Positions 50,565 to 59,134 are shown, counted from the first letter of the stretch. The stretch: DNA of 64,000 bases from an uncultured virus (IMG/VR IMGVR_UViG_3300020036_009184) (IMGVR_UViG_3300020036_009184), one strand, 5' to 3'. Notes: a model not told the origin generated them from the letters alone. Program-made: numbers and translations.

Positions 50565-50813
50565 TTAGTCTTCTTCTTCGGCGAAAAGAGCCAAAAAACT
50601 GTCTACTTTTTGTTGTAGGCTTTCATGCTCGTTTTCTATCTTTTTCAATCGTTCTTGGTAATACATGAGCGCTTCAATAAATGCGGCTTGCTCTGTTTTT
50701 GCGCGCATTGCAATATTCATGCCCTGCGTTTCATCGTATAGCCAAAAACCGTCTGCGCATTCATGTAAGGAAAGTGTTTTATTCTCGAAAACTTGTTTTA
50801 TTACTTTGCTCAC
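50565..50813 (-). CDS. Hypothetical coiled-coil protein
   Basis: DGFWLYDETQGMNIAMRAKTE. Confidence 0.5.
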   Translation of the reverse strand: MSKVIKQVFENKTLSLHECADGFWLYDETQGMNIAMRAKTEQAAFIEALMYYQERLKKIENEHESLQQKVDSFLALFAEEED

Positions 50814-50818
50814 GGCGT

Positions 50819-51445
50819 TTAATTTTGGCGGTAGATGTAGTATGTAGTCCCAAGCACGGTTTGCTCGTCCTCGTCTCCATCGTAACGGCTCAACGAATGA
50901 CCGCGTCCGTCTTGTTTTGCGTCTAATTTCCATGCATATTTATCGAAGTAGTTCCGGTACATTTCGGGGATTTCTGGCAGTATGCACTCGTCTATGTAGT
51001 TGTCCAGATCATCGTTCCACTTGTCGTCGGCTTCGCTATCGGTGCAGACAAGGTATTCTTCGCTGCCGTATTCCAAAACGCAATTGTCATAACTGGAAAC
51101 CTCAATTTCCTGGGCTTCTTCAAAATCAATTTGAAGGTGTAAGGCGAGGGCTACAATTTTCTCCATATCTGCACCAAAGCGCTCTGTGGCAAATTCCTCA
51201 AGGTCTTCGGGCAACTCTTCTTTAGCGAGTTTTTCAAGGTTAATAACCCACTCAACGTCGGACATTGCAATACTGTAGCCTTCGGCATCTATTACGCGGT
51301 TGGGAAATTCGCCGGTAATCGGTAGCCAGTCGGTAACAGTGTCGCCGTCTTCAATTCTGGCCCGGTCGCGCTCCTCATTTATTTCAATGTCATAGTGAGT
51401 GCCTACTATGGAGTATTCAGCGTTTTTATCAAATTCGTGTGTCAT
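50819..51445 (-). CDS. Acidic hypothetical protein with N-terminal VTDWLP domain
   Basis: 208 aa; C-terminal DGRGHSLSRYDG.E...YYIYRQN. Confidence 0.65.
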   Translation of the reverse strand: MTHEFDKNAEYSIVGTHYDIEINEERDRARIEDGDTVTDWLPITGEFPNRVIDAEGYSIAMSDVEWVINLEKLAKEELPEDLEEFATERFGADMEKIVALALHLQIDFEEAQEIEVSSYDNCVLEYGSEEYLVCTDSEADDKWNDDLDNYIDECILPEIPEMYRNYFDKYAWKLDAKQDGRGHSLSRYDGDEDEQTVLGTTYYIYRQN

Positions 51446-51490
51446 TGTGGAGGTATGGTTAATATGTGAAAATGTTGAGGAGGTGAAAAT

Positions 51491-52009
51491 TCAATTGATG
51501 CGCATAACAAGTTCTATTGGTATGTTGTGGCCGTCTGGATCAATAACAGGGTGAAAAGAGTCATCTTCGCAGTCTGCGTCATCATTTTCAACCATTTCAA
51601 TCGGTAGCCAGTCGGTAACGGTGGCTGTTGGTTCGTTGCCGTTAATGCGTAGCCGTGCGCTTTCTCCGTCTGGCGATAGTTCGACCTCGTATCCACACGC
51701 ATTTGAATAGGCATAGGTGCCGTGACAAACAAAATTCAACAGACTATCCTCGTGTATCATAAAATCCGCGCCGGTAATAATTTGACAATCAGCCGGGGCA
51801 AAATCAAGGCTTTCCAGCGTTTCAAGATCGGCGAAGCGTTTGCCGTTCACAATGTAGTTGCCATCCTCATCGGTGCGCACTTCGCTACCTGTTAAGGCGC
51901 TATCGGGTGAAATACGCAAAATGCCGCGTGTACTATTCAGGAAACAGGGGCCAACAATAAGGCTGCCGGGGTTGTGTTGATCGTTTAAGTTGAAAAAGTG
52001 CAAATACAT
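51491..52009 (-). CDS. Hypothetical protein with C-terminal VTDWLP domain
   Basis: 172 aa. Confidence 0.6.
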   Translation of the reverse strand: MYLHFFNLNDQHNPGSLIVGPCFLNSTRGILRISPDSALTGSEVRTDEDGNYIVNGKRFADLETLESLDFAPADCQIITGADFMIHEDSLLNFVCHGTYAYSNACGYEVELSPDGESARLRINGNEPTATVTDWLPIEMVENDDADCEDDSFHPVIDPDGHNIPIELVMRIN

Positions 52010-52038
52010 GGTATTGGTGTGTTGAATGGGTGAATGTA

Positions 52039-52743
52039 TCAGATCATGCCATTATCGGCGAATGAGTAGTAAGAGTCAACGGTCAAAATGATGTGGTCTA
52101 AAAGTTTGACCTGCATAATATCGCCCGCGTCTTTTATCTGTTTGGTAGTTCGGTTATCTGCGGCGGACGGTGTAAGGTTGCCGGATGGGTGATTGTGGCA
52201 CAATACCATGCCGGACGCATTGCAAAGGACGGCATGAGCGAACAGGTGGCGAAGATCAACGACTGTACCGTCTAACCCGCCTCTGGACAATTCAACCCAA
52301 GCAATGGGCTTATTTTGTTTATTGACATAGCACACGCCGAAACACTCCAAAACCTCAATTGTGGCGTTATCCCAAAAATTGCGGCAAATGTTCGCGGCGC
52401 CTTCGCTGTTCGATATATTGCCATAGGAAGGGAAGGATTCATTTACAACCGACTGCATGAGCGTTGCGCGGTACATTGGCTCGTTCGTAGCGAATGGAAC
52501 ACAAGCGGAAATGGGGATTGCATAGCCGTTGGAATCAATGACCGAATCTGTCAACCATCCGCCGTTATCGTCGTCTACATGTGTAGGTGTAACAGGCAGC
52601 CATTCGGTAACGTGTTCACCATCAAGCAAACGGGCTTTTGTACGCTCGTCATTGAACTGGATAGGGTAATGAATACCCAATGAAGAAACAGAATAAACAG
52701 CGTTCGGGGTGAATGTTGCGGCTGTGTCGGTGGTGGTGTTCAT
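52039..52743 (-). CDS. radC: RadC/JAB domain protein with N-terminal VTEWLP domain
   Basis: E-x-F, GGLDGTVVD, HNHPSGN..PS.AD, LLDHIIL, YYSFADNG. Confidence 0.9.
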   Translation of the reverse strand: MNTTTDTAATFTPNAVYSVSSLGIHYPIQFNDERTKARLLDGEHVTEWLPVTPTHVDDDNGGWLTDSVIDSNGYAIPISACVPFATNEPMYRATLMQSVVNESFPSYGNISNSEGAANICRNFWDNATIEVLECFGVCYVNKQNKPIAWVELSRGGLDGTVVDLRHLFAHAVLCNASGMVLCHNHPSGNLTPSAADNRTTKQIKDAGDIMQVKLLDHIILTVDSYYSFADNGMI

Positions 52744-52801
52744 TGTAATGTAGTTGTGAAGTGTGGTGTAATGCGTTCCACGTGGAACAATGAAGGAAGG
52801 T

Positions 52802-53134
52802 TTATTTTGCGGGGATCAGGTCATTAAGCCAAATCCCATATTTGCGCCGTGTGGCTGTCAGTAGCAGGGAATAGTAAGAACCAAGTTTTAAATGATCGGC
52901 GTGTATGGCTTCATATTGTTCTGTATCAAGTGTTTTTCTTACTCTACCTTTCCCGCCATAGGAAACCAATAGATTGTTTTGCCTAATTTTATAGGCTTCG
53001 TCTACCCTGCTGGAAAGTTGTTTGTAATAGGGGTAAAACTGCGTTATAAAATACTTTGTAAGTGTTTCAACATCTGGCAAGGTGGCTTCGTGTGCCTCGA
53101 CATAAAACGGCGTAGGTTCAAAAAACAGTCTCAT
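52802..53134 (-). CDS. Hypothetical protein, first gene of the leftward block
   Basis: 110 aa, downstream of a promoter motif. Confidence 0.5.
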   Translation of the reverse strand: MRLFFEPTPFYVEAHEATLPDVETLTKYFITQFYPYYKQLSSRVDEAYKIRQNNLLVSYGGKGRVRKTLDTEQYEAIHADHLKLGSYYSLLLTATRRKYGIWLNDLIPAK

Positions 53135-53192
53135 TGTAATGACGTAGTAAGTGGTGAAATGTGTTGCGGTTGCTTACCCGCTTTTGATAGTA

Positions 53193-53200
53193 CAAATATA
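53193..53200 (-). promoter_or_regulatory. Bacteroidota-type -7 element TATATTTG heading the leftward block
   Basis: CAAATATA on + strand. Confidence 0.6.
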
Positions 53201-53843
53201 GGTGCATTGCCTATTCACTTCCAAATGTTTTTGCAATTATTTTCACAAATAAAATGTTAATGGCAATAACTCGCTGATTGTAAGGTTTTTATGACAATAC
53301 AAATAGAGGTTTGCCGGGTTCGCTAAAGCCTTTTTTACCTCTTCATTCGGCAATGACAGTAAAGAATAAAGGAAAGACAATAGAGAGACAACAACAGGGC
53401 AACCACAACAACACACTGGAACAGATACCACGATAACAACAGGCAGCAAAGAGGTAACACAATAGGCATACCATAACAACACCGGCAGCGATAGAACACA
53501 ACAGGAACGGCGGCAATGATCTGGAATGAAGGAAACAACAACAGGCCGGAACGATAACGGCAGCAATAGATCGGGCTGGGCGCTGGGATAGATCGGAATG
53601 ATAACCGGAATAGATACGGCGGTGAATACCGGCGCAATGGATACCATAACAATGACAACAGCAAACACGGTGACGGCATACGGTAACAGGTACGGCAATA
53701 GCAATACCACAACGGCGGACGGCAGCGACATACGGCGATAGGTAGCGCGATAGCAGGGACGGCGATAGATACGGCGGCGGCATTGGTGTTGGTGCGGCGA
53801 ATGCTGCCAATGCAGGGACGGCGGACGCTACGAACGATGACTA

Positions 53844-53890
53844 TATAAGGCTACCTGATATAAGGCTACCTGATATAAGGCTACCTGATA
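53844..53890. repeat. 15-bp perfect tandem repeat x3
   Basis: (TATAAGGCTACCTGA)3. Confidence 0.95.
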
Positions 53891-54357
53891 ACTCCTGTCT
53901 GCCGACCATCTGCAAGGGTGCAAACAAGGCAGGTTGAGCCGCTTTAGAATAAGATATTCCCGACCATTGCCTTGCTCTTGGTGCTGTATTCGATTCTAAG
54001 GCGGTTAAAAGGCAGGTTTTCGGCTTTTCCCTCTTGCTTTGCAGGTATAACAGGCTGACTATCAACGCCAATATGGTATAACTTGTAAACCTAACACGTT
54101 TGCAAGTTGGTATTTTAGGCCAATATCAGGCCAAAAACAGGGAAAATGTAGGACAAAAAACGGTGAAAAAATGGCGTTTAGGGGTGGGGGGATCGCCGAT
54201 TTCGTTTCCCTTTTGCTCGACCGACCCCTCCGTTCTATATCATCTACCGTACTGGTACAGTGATACGATATTTTTAAAACCCTCCAAAATCAGTCTCCGA
54301 CCAATATTTTTGAAAATAAATTTATAGTATTGTTTGGAAATATGTTTATGGTATATA

Positions 54358-54365
54358 TATCTTTG
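54358..54365 (+). promoter_or_regulatory. Bacteroidota-type -7 element TATCTTTG heading the rightward block
   Basis: Consensus match in AT-rich context. Confidence 0.6.
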
Positions 54366-54369
54366 CCGC

Positions 54370-54456
54370 ATCTTACACCGGATGACGCTGCGGATTTAGT
54401 TCCGGATATCATGGCGGGGGCCGGTATTTAATGCCGAATCAGGTGTAAGATTTTTT
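54370..54456 (+). ncRNA. Putative small structured RNA or leader
   Basis: ATCTTACACC/GGTGTAAGAT 10-bp closing stem just after the promoter, followed by a T-run. Confidence 0.45.
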
Positions 54457-54478
54457 CACCGTACTAATTCCAATACTC

Positions 54479-54745
54479 ATGACACCACAAACAAAATCTT
54501 TTGACAGTGCGTATCCTCAATCCAATGGAAATACCGTGACAGGCGGTTTTACAAAGCGCGAGATTATGGCCAAGGATATTTTATCTGCGATAATCATTAA
54601 GACGGGTTCGATTAATATTGAGGACGCGGAAATGGCAATGCTTGTTCGGTCGGCGGTAAACACTGCTAACTATTTGATTTTGTATTTGAATGCTAATCCT
54701 GCTCCTGACATTCCGCAACTCACGCTTTCTCAGACACCGACCTAA
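54479..54745 (+). CDS. Hypothetical protein
   Basis: AYP...GFTKREIMA motif common in phage proteins. Confidence 0.6.
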   Translation: MTPQTKSFDSAYPQSNGNTVTGGFTKREIMAKDILSAIIIKTGSINIEDAEMAMLVRSAVNTANYLILYLNANPAPDIPQLTLSQTPT

Positions 54746-54750
54746 TACCC

Positions 54751-55140
54751 ATGCCTACACCACTAGTCCGCACCTCTTTTTCCGAATCAAATTTCTATGT
54801 CATCGAGACACATCGTTTCGATGGCCCGGTTGATGACTTTATGTCATTGCTCTACGAGGTGAAACGTGAGATAGATGCCTACTACGAAAAGCGGATGACT
54901 CGCATTGCCTGGGATGGTTATTTCATTGATGGATTGCTGGATTCTAACACCTTCACCAATCTCCGTGGCAAGTTCAAGGTTGATCGCCGTGGCCGTTTCG
55001 GATTCAAGTCTGCTGACCGGAATAATTTTGCAGTCATAGTCCAGGGCTGTTTGTTTCGGTTTTCCCGGATAAAGCGCTATGATGGTAAAATGGCTATCCT
55101 CTTTCCTGGCCTTCCTGTACTCATCCGTTATAACAACTAA
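54751..55140 (+). CDS. Hypothetical protein (shares C-terminal motif with next gene)
   Basis: Ends ILFPGLPVLIRYNN. Confidence 0.55.
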   Translation: MPTPLVRTSFSESNFYVIETHRFDGPVDDFMSLLYEVKREIDAYYEKRMTRIAWDGYFIDGLLDSNTFTNLRGKFKVDRRGRFGFKSADRNNFAVIVQGCLFRFSRIKRYDGKMAILFPGLPVLIRYNN

Positions 55141-55144
55141 TTTT

Positions 55145-55576
55145 ATGAAAAACGCAGAAACACCACCAGTCCGCCGTCCTTATTCCGAAACCGTTGCGAA
55201 GGTTATCACCGTGCCTCCTATCGAAACTGTCTCCGATCTTGTTGCATTGCTCAAAGAGGTGCTGGCTACGGTATCCTGGCATGAGGAGCAGGTTGGGGTT
55301 GGTTTATCGTGGCAGAATTGGTGTATTCCTTGCTTGATGTCATCGCTTACTGCGAGTAAGATTGACGCCTCGGTTACGGAGTGGTTTTCTGCTACGGAGT
55401 TATCCCGGGGTGATGTTGATGGCGCCGACTTTCATTTTATTGCTTTGGGCAAGTACGATGTTGTGGTGGATGGTATGGAGTTTCGTATTCGGGTTGTGGG
55501 TGCGGTGTATGAGAGTATTGGAATTATGTTCCCCGGCCTTCCTATCCTGATTCAGTATAATGAGCGGCCGTTTTAG
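55145..55576 (+). CDS. Hypothetical protein (shares C-terminal motif with previous gene)
   Basis: Ends IMFPGLPILIQYNERPF. Confidence 0.55.
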   Translation: MKNAETPPVRRPYSETVAKVITVPPIETVSDLVALLKEVLATVSWHEEQVGVGLSWQNWCIPCLMSSLTASKIDASVTEWFSATELSRGDVDGADFHFIALGKYDVVVDGMEFRIRVVGAVYESIGIMFPGLPILIQYNERPF

Positions 55577-55941
55577 AGATCGTCGCTCCTGCGCAGTATT
55601 TTGGGCCTTAAATCGAATTATAGATGGATATTCCGACATTGACAATAAGACCATTGGTGAAGCGGGTTGATATTATCGCTTTTTTCAAGGATGTGCTACC
55701 TGGTGCGGGAGTTACGGGGTATTGTGAGGTAATGGTGAAGCGGAGTTTGTATCGGAATATCCGCCTTTGTTTTGGGAGGTTGTTTGGTGGTGCTATTGTG
55801 AGTGAGCAGGATAGGTTCTGGTGTAAGATTGGTGGGGTGAGTTATCTTGTTGTGGCCTTTCATGGTGGACATAGAGATGTTGTGGTGTTGGGACATTCTG
55901 TCTTTATTGAAATGGAGAAAGTAGTTTTGAAGAAAAAAAAT

Positions 55942-56091
55942 GGGAATGAAGCACATTAGGATGTGCCCTGTATGAAAGTCGATAGTTGTCGCCATATTGT
56001 TTATCGAGAACGATATTTTGGGCAACATTCCTGGGGAACAGGATTTAGGCAGGCCGTCAGATGGTAGCCGGTTCGATTCCGGTCATTTCCA
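55942..56091 (+). ncRNA. tRNA-like RNA (150 nt) with a 100-nt insert in place of the anticodon arm
   Basis: Acceptor GGGAATG/CATTTCC-A, D-arm GCAC..GTGC, T-arm GCCGG TTCGATT CCGGT. Confidence 0.65.
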
Positions 56092-56130
56092 CAAATAGGT
56101 CCAACGCATAGAGTTTTTGTTGGACTGGTA

Positions 56131-56273
56131 GCGATGGTGGCGGAATGGCAGACGCGCTGTAAGTACCCTAAAAGAAACGCATAGAATGGGGGAACTCGGT
56201 AGACATACTGCAAGCGTGAGCAGTAGGACTTTGTAAGTTTAAATCTTTGCAGGTTCGAATCCTGCCCATCGTA
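56131..56273 (+). ncRNA. tRNA-like RNA (143 nt) with a roughly 93-nt insert
   Basis: Acceptor GCGATGG/CCATCGT-A, Leu-type D-arm TGGCGGAATGGCAGACGC, T-arm GCAGG TTCGAAT CCTGC. Confidence 0.7.
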
Positions 56274-56476
56274 CATCCATAAAAGAGTACACTGAGAGTA
56301 TGTTTGAGTCCTAGATGCTACCGAATAACCTGGTCGGTCGGGAAACGCGGGAAGGATGTTGATGGCAAATGGTAGGTGTACGTTGAACAAGAGCCGGTAA
56401 CGGCATAGAACGCCTTGGTGTTTTTATCTTAGGTTGACCAAGGCACTTTTAAGAATCAATTCAATTATCATAAATT

Positions 56477-56734
56477 ATGGCACAACAAGTATTTGCGTTT
56501 TCAAAAACGATTCCGGTTAAGACTACGACTGGCTGTATCGAGGTATTGCTGTCAAAGCAACGCGACGATGAAGGCGATAATTATGTGCAGATTCTGGCGT
56601 GGCACAAGAATGCTGACGGTGAGTTCTTTTCGCAGGAAGAGTCTGTGATTATTGACGAGTTTATGATTCCGTGTTTTATCATGGACTTTTCCGAGGGTAG
56701 TGCTCAACGATTTGTTCAGGAGTTTCAATTTTGA
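56477..56734 (+). CDS. Hypothetical protein
   Basis: 85 aa. Confidence 0.55.
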   Translation: MAQQVFAFSKTIPVKTTTGCIEVLLSKQRDDEGDNYVQILAWHKNADGEFFSQEESVIIDEFMIPCFIMDFSEGSAQRFVQEFQF

Positions 56735-57033
56735 TCACGATGAAACGAGTAATCCTTACTATTCCAGCCCGGGCGAGAAAGCCTTACGAGTGCATGGCTG
56801 GCGCTGTTATCAAGTTGCATCTGGAGGGCCTTATTCAGACTGCGGCGCTGACCATTGACGAGTATGATGCTATCGCCGAATTAAAGGCGAATAACTGGAT
56901 GATTGTGCCTGGCCAGGTATATGAGCGCCGGAATACCATTGATGAGGGTCCGCCGCGTAGGTTGTTTACCTTTCTTTGCTTACCTCAGATAGATGCTATC
57001 TGTGTAAAATATAACCTTTATTCAAACAATTGA
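56731..57033 (+). CDS. Hypothetical protein
   Basis: ARARKPYEC...IVPGQVYER motif. Confidence 0.55.
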   Translation: MITMKRVILTIPARARKPYECMAGAVIKLHLEGLIQTAALTIDEYDAIAELKANNWMIVPGQVYERRNTIDEGPPRRLFTFLCLPQIDAICVKYNLYSNN

Positions 57034-57273
57034 GTGATGAAAAAACTTACAAATGCCTTAGTTTTGATTGGCGCGGTGTTCGTCATCATCGCCCTGTTGT
57101 TTTCGGGTATCGCCAGATCGGTGTTTTATAAGGCGCTAGAATCCGGCCAACCTGTGCCACAAAGGTTTGATACGGCACTGTTTTGCAGCAACTCGTTTTT
57201 AGTGATAGGTTTTGGTTGCATCGGACTCGCTCTCCTAGTGGCTGTGTGTTATTCCTTTTCAAATCGAAAATAG
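57034..57273 (+). CDS. Two-TM membrane protein
   Basis: Two hydrophobic segments. Confidence 0.5.
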   Translation: MMKKLTNALVLIGAVFVIIALLFSGIARSVFYKALESGQPVPQRFDTALFCSNSFLVIGFGCIGLALLVAVCYSFSNRK

Positions 57274-57275
57274 TT

Positions 57276-57755
57276 ATGGAACATTGTTCATACGAGTTAT
57301 CTACCCAACTGCGAGATGCAGGTTTTCCACAACCGGAGCCGCAGGCGGGGCAGGTTTGGTATAGCGGTACATTCAAAACGCCATTTATCATTATTTTTGA
57401 TAAAGAGGCGCTGGATAAGAGGTATAGAGAACATGGGTATCACAAAAAAAACAAGGAACGGGGAAACTTTGAAGGCTTTTGTCGGATATCCTCACTGACT
57501 GACGGCAGTGTAGGCGATATAGGGTTGGCGAATTGCGTGTATGCTCCTACGGCATTGGATATACTCAAAGAACTAGGTGGTCAGTACCCTCCGTTCGTTT
57601 ATTACGGCAAAATTGCTGATCTATGGTCGTGTCTGGATAGGGAGCCGCTTATTCTGTCGTCGAATAAAATCATGCAGTCGCCAATTGGGTTTTCTGGCAA
57701 GTCGGCTGTTGTGGCTATTTCGAAATTCTGGCTTCACAAAAATAAAAAATCCTGA
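57276..57755 (+). CDS. Hypothetical protein (paralog of next gene)
   Basis: LRDAGFPQPEP.AGQVWY, CVYAPT. Confidence 0.6.
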   Translation: MEHCSYELSTQLRDAGFPQPEPQAGQVWYSGTFKTPFIIIFDKEALDKRYREHGYHKKNKERGNFEGFCRISSLTDGSVGDIGLANCVYAPTALDILKELGGQYPPFVYYGKIADLWSCLDREPLILSSNKIMQSPIGFSGKSAVVAISKFWLHKNKKS

Positions 57756-57757
57756 TT

Positions 57758-58174
57758 ATGCTCAGTTACAAAAAGTGTATTGAACTCAGGGATAATGGAT
57801 TCCCGCAACCGGAGCCAGCGTTTGGCCAGTTTTGGTATGCTTGGGAAGGTATTACGACCGTTGGTGAGGTATTTGAAACTGAGCAGGGGATACTTGTTGG
57901 CGTACATCCAATGGGCGGTGGATTTCTTGTAGAGCCAATAAACATTTGCGTCTACAGCCCTACTGTTGAAGATATGTTGTCGATGTTGAGCCCTGGTTAT
58001 TGCTTGGAAAGGGTGGTTGGTTCTGGGTGGGCTGTGATTTACTGGAAAGTAAACAAAGAGCGCGTAGTAATACAGATGGGGGGCAGCCCTATTGATGTAT
58101 TGGCAAAAGCATGGGTTAATCGCCGTGATATATTTGAAGATAATGGCCGGCAGGAAGGTGGCGCCGATAAATAG
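57758..58174 (+). CDS. Hypothetical protein (paralog of previous gene)
   Basis: LRDNGFPQPEP.FGQFWY, CVYSPT. Confidence 0.6.
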   Translation: MLSYKKCIELRDNGFPQPEPAFGQFWYAWEGITTVGEVFETEQGILVGVHPMGGGFLVEPINICVYSPTVEDMLSMLSPGYCLERVVGSGWAVIYWKVNKERVVIQMGGSPIDVLAKAWVNRRDIFEDNGRQEGGADK

Positions 58175-58187
58175 CCTGATTGTCGTT

Positions 58188-58256
58188 GGCGCTATGGTGT
58201 AATGGTAGCACGCTCTCTTAAATGAGGGAAGTCCAGATTCGATTTCTGCTGCGCTG
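58188..58256 (+). pseudogene. Degenerate tRNA, anticodon not assignable
   Basis: D-arm GTGTAATGGTAGCAC; stem CTCTC/GAGGG with a 6-nt loop TTAAAT; T-loop TTCGATT; imperfect acceptor stem. Confidence 0.55.
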
Positions 58257-58537
58257 CAATATTTGTTTTTAATGAGGTAAGGTCGTCTTGCTGGTGCTCC
58301 GATTTATCGCAGCCGTCCGTAATGCACTGCGGATTCCGTGCCTGGACGGTGAGATGACCGAAGCCTTAAAAAATGTTCCGATGGGGAAGAAAAGAATGTT
58401 TGAAGTTGGAGAGATAGCCTTACGGGCCAATCGCTCCGTAGAGCCCATGCGGTGGGTGGTATTCACTGTCAATGAAACGTATTTGCCGTTGATAGAAGAG
58501 AATCCTGCCGATTATAAGAAAATTCGTAAAGTAAAAA

Positions 58538-59134
58538 ATGATGATCGTATCTCTCACAGGTAAATTCGCCGCAATATCCCCATCCATGGTCGTTCTTGAC
58601 GTACATGGTGTAGGCTATGCTGTCAATATTCCGCTATCCACCTTCTCAGAGATTGAGGGCCATGCCGAAGGACGGCTGTTGATATACCATCGCTTTTTGC
58701 AAAACGGGGAACAGTCTTTGTACGGTTTTTTTTCAAAAGAAGAGTCGCAAATGTTCGGGCACTTACTCGGAGTATCCGGCGTCGGTGGCTCGACCGCTCT
58801 TCTTATGCTGTCTGGAATGTCCGTGGAAGACCTGCAGCACGCTATCGCAACAGAAAAGGTGGCCGTGCTGGAGAAAATAAAAGGTATTGGCAAAAAGACG
58901 GCGGGGCTTATCGTCCACGAACTGAAAGATAAGTTCCCGAAAACGGAGCGAGGGCCAAATATCGAAATGTTTGTTGCCGATACCGAGTTGCGAGACGCTG
59001 CCGTAGATGGATTGCAGGCTTTGGGCTTCAAAAAAACCGAAGCACTGAAAGTGGTGGAATTTGTTTTGTCAAAAACTCCGGACGCCTGCCTATCCGACTT
59101 GATCCGCTCATCCCTTCAACAAATGTCAAAATGA
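58538..59134 (+). CDS. ruvA: Holliday junction branch migration protein RuvA
   Basis: VVLDVHGVGY, LYGF, LLGVSGVG, IKGIGKKTA..IVHELKDK, AVDGLQALGF. Confidence 0.93.
   Translation: MMIVSLTGKFAAISPSMVVLDVHGVGYAVNIPLSTFSEIEGHAEGRLLIYHRFLQNGEQSLYGFFSKEESQMFGHLLGVSGVGGSTALLMLSGMSVEDLQHAIATEKVAVLEKIKGIGKKTAGLIVHELKDKFPKTERGPNIEMFVADTELRDAAVDGLQALGFKKTEALKVVEFVLSKTPDACLSDLIRSSLQQMSK

Noticed and set aside
53243..53810. Hydrophobic and Cys-rich minus-strand ORFs in all three frames
   Set aside because: By-product of the T-poor + strand (few stops on the reverse strand); low complexity
53844..53890. CRISPR array
   Set aside because: Repeats are contiguous with no spacers; no cas genes seen
55942..56273. 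Canonical tmRNA or group I intron-containing tRNA
   Set aside because: Each element is only about 145-150 nt, too short for either, and no tag ORF was recognised
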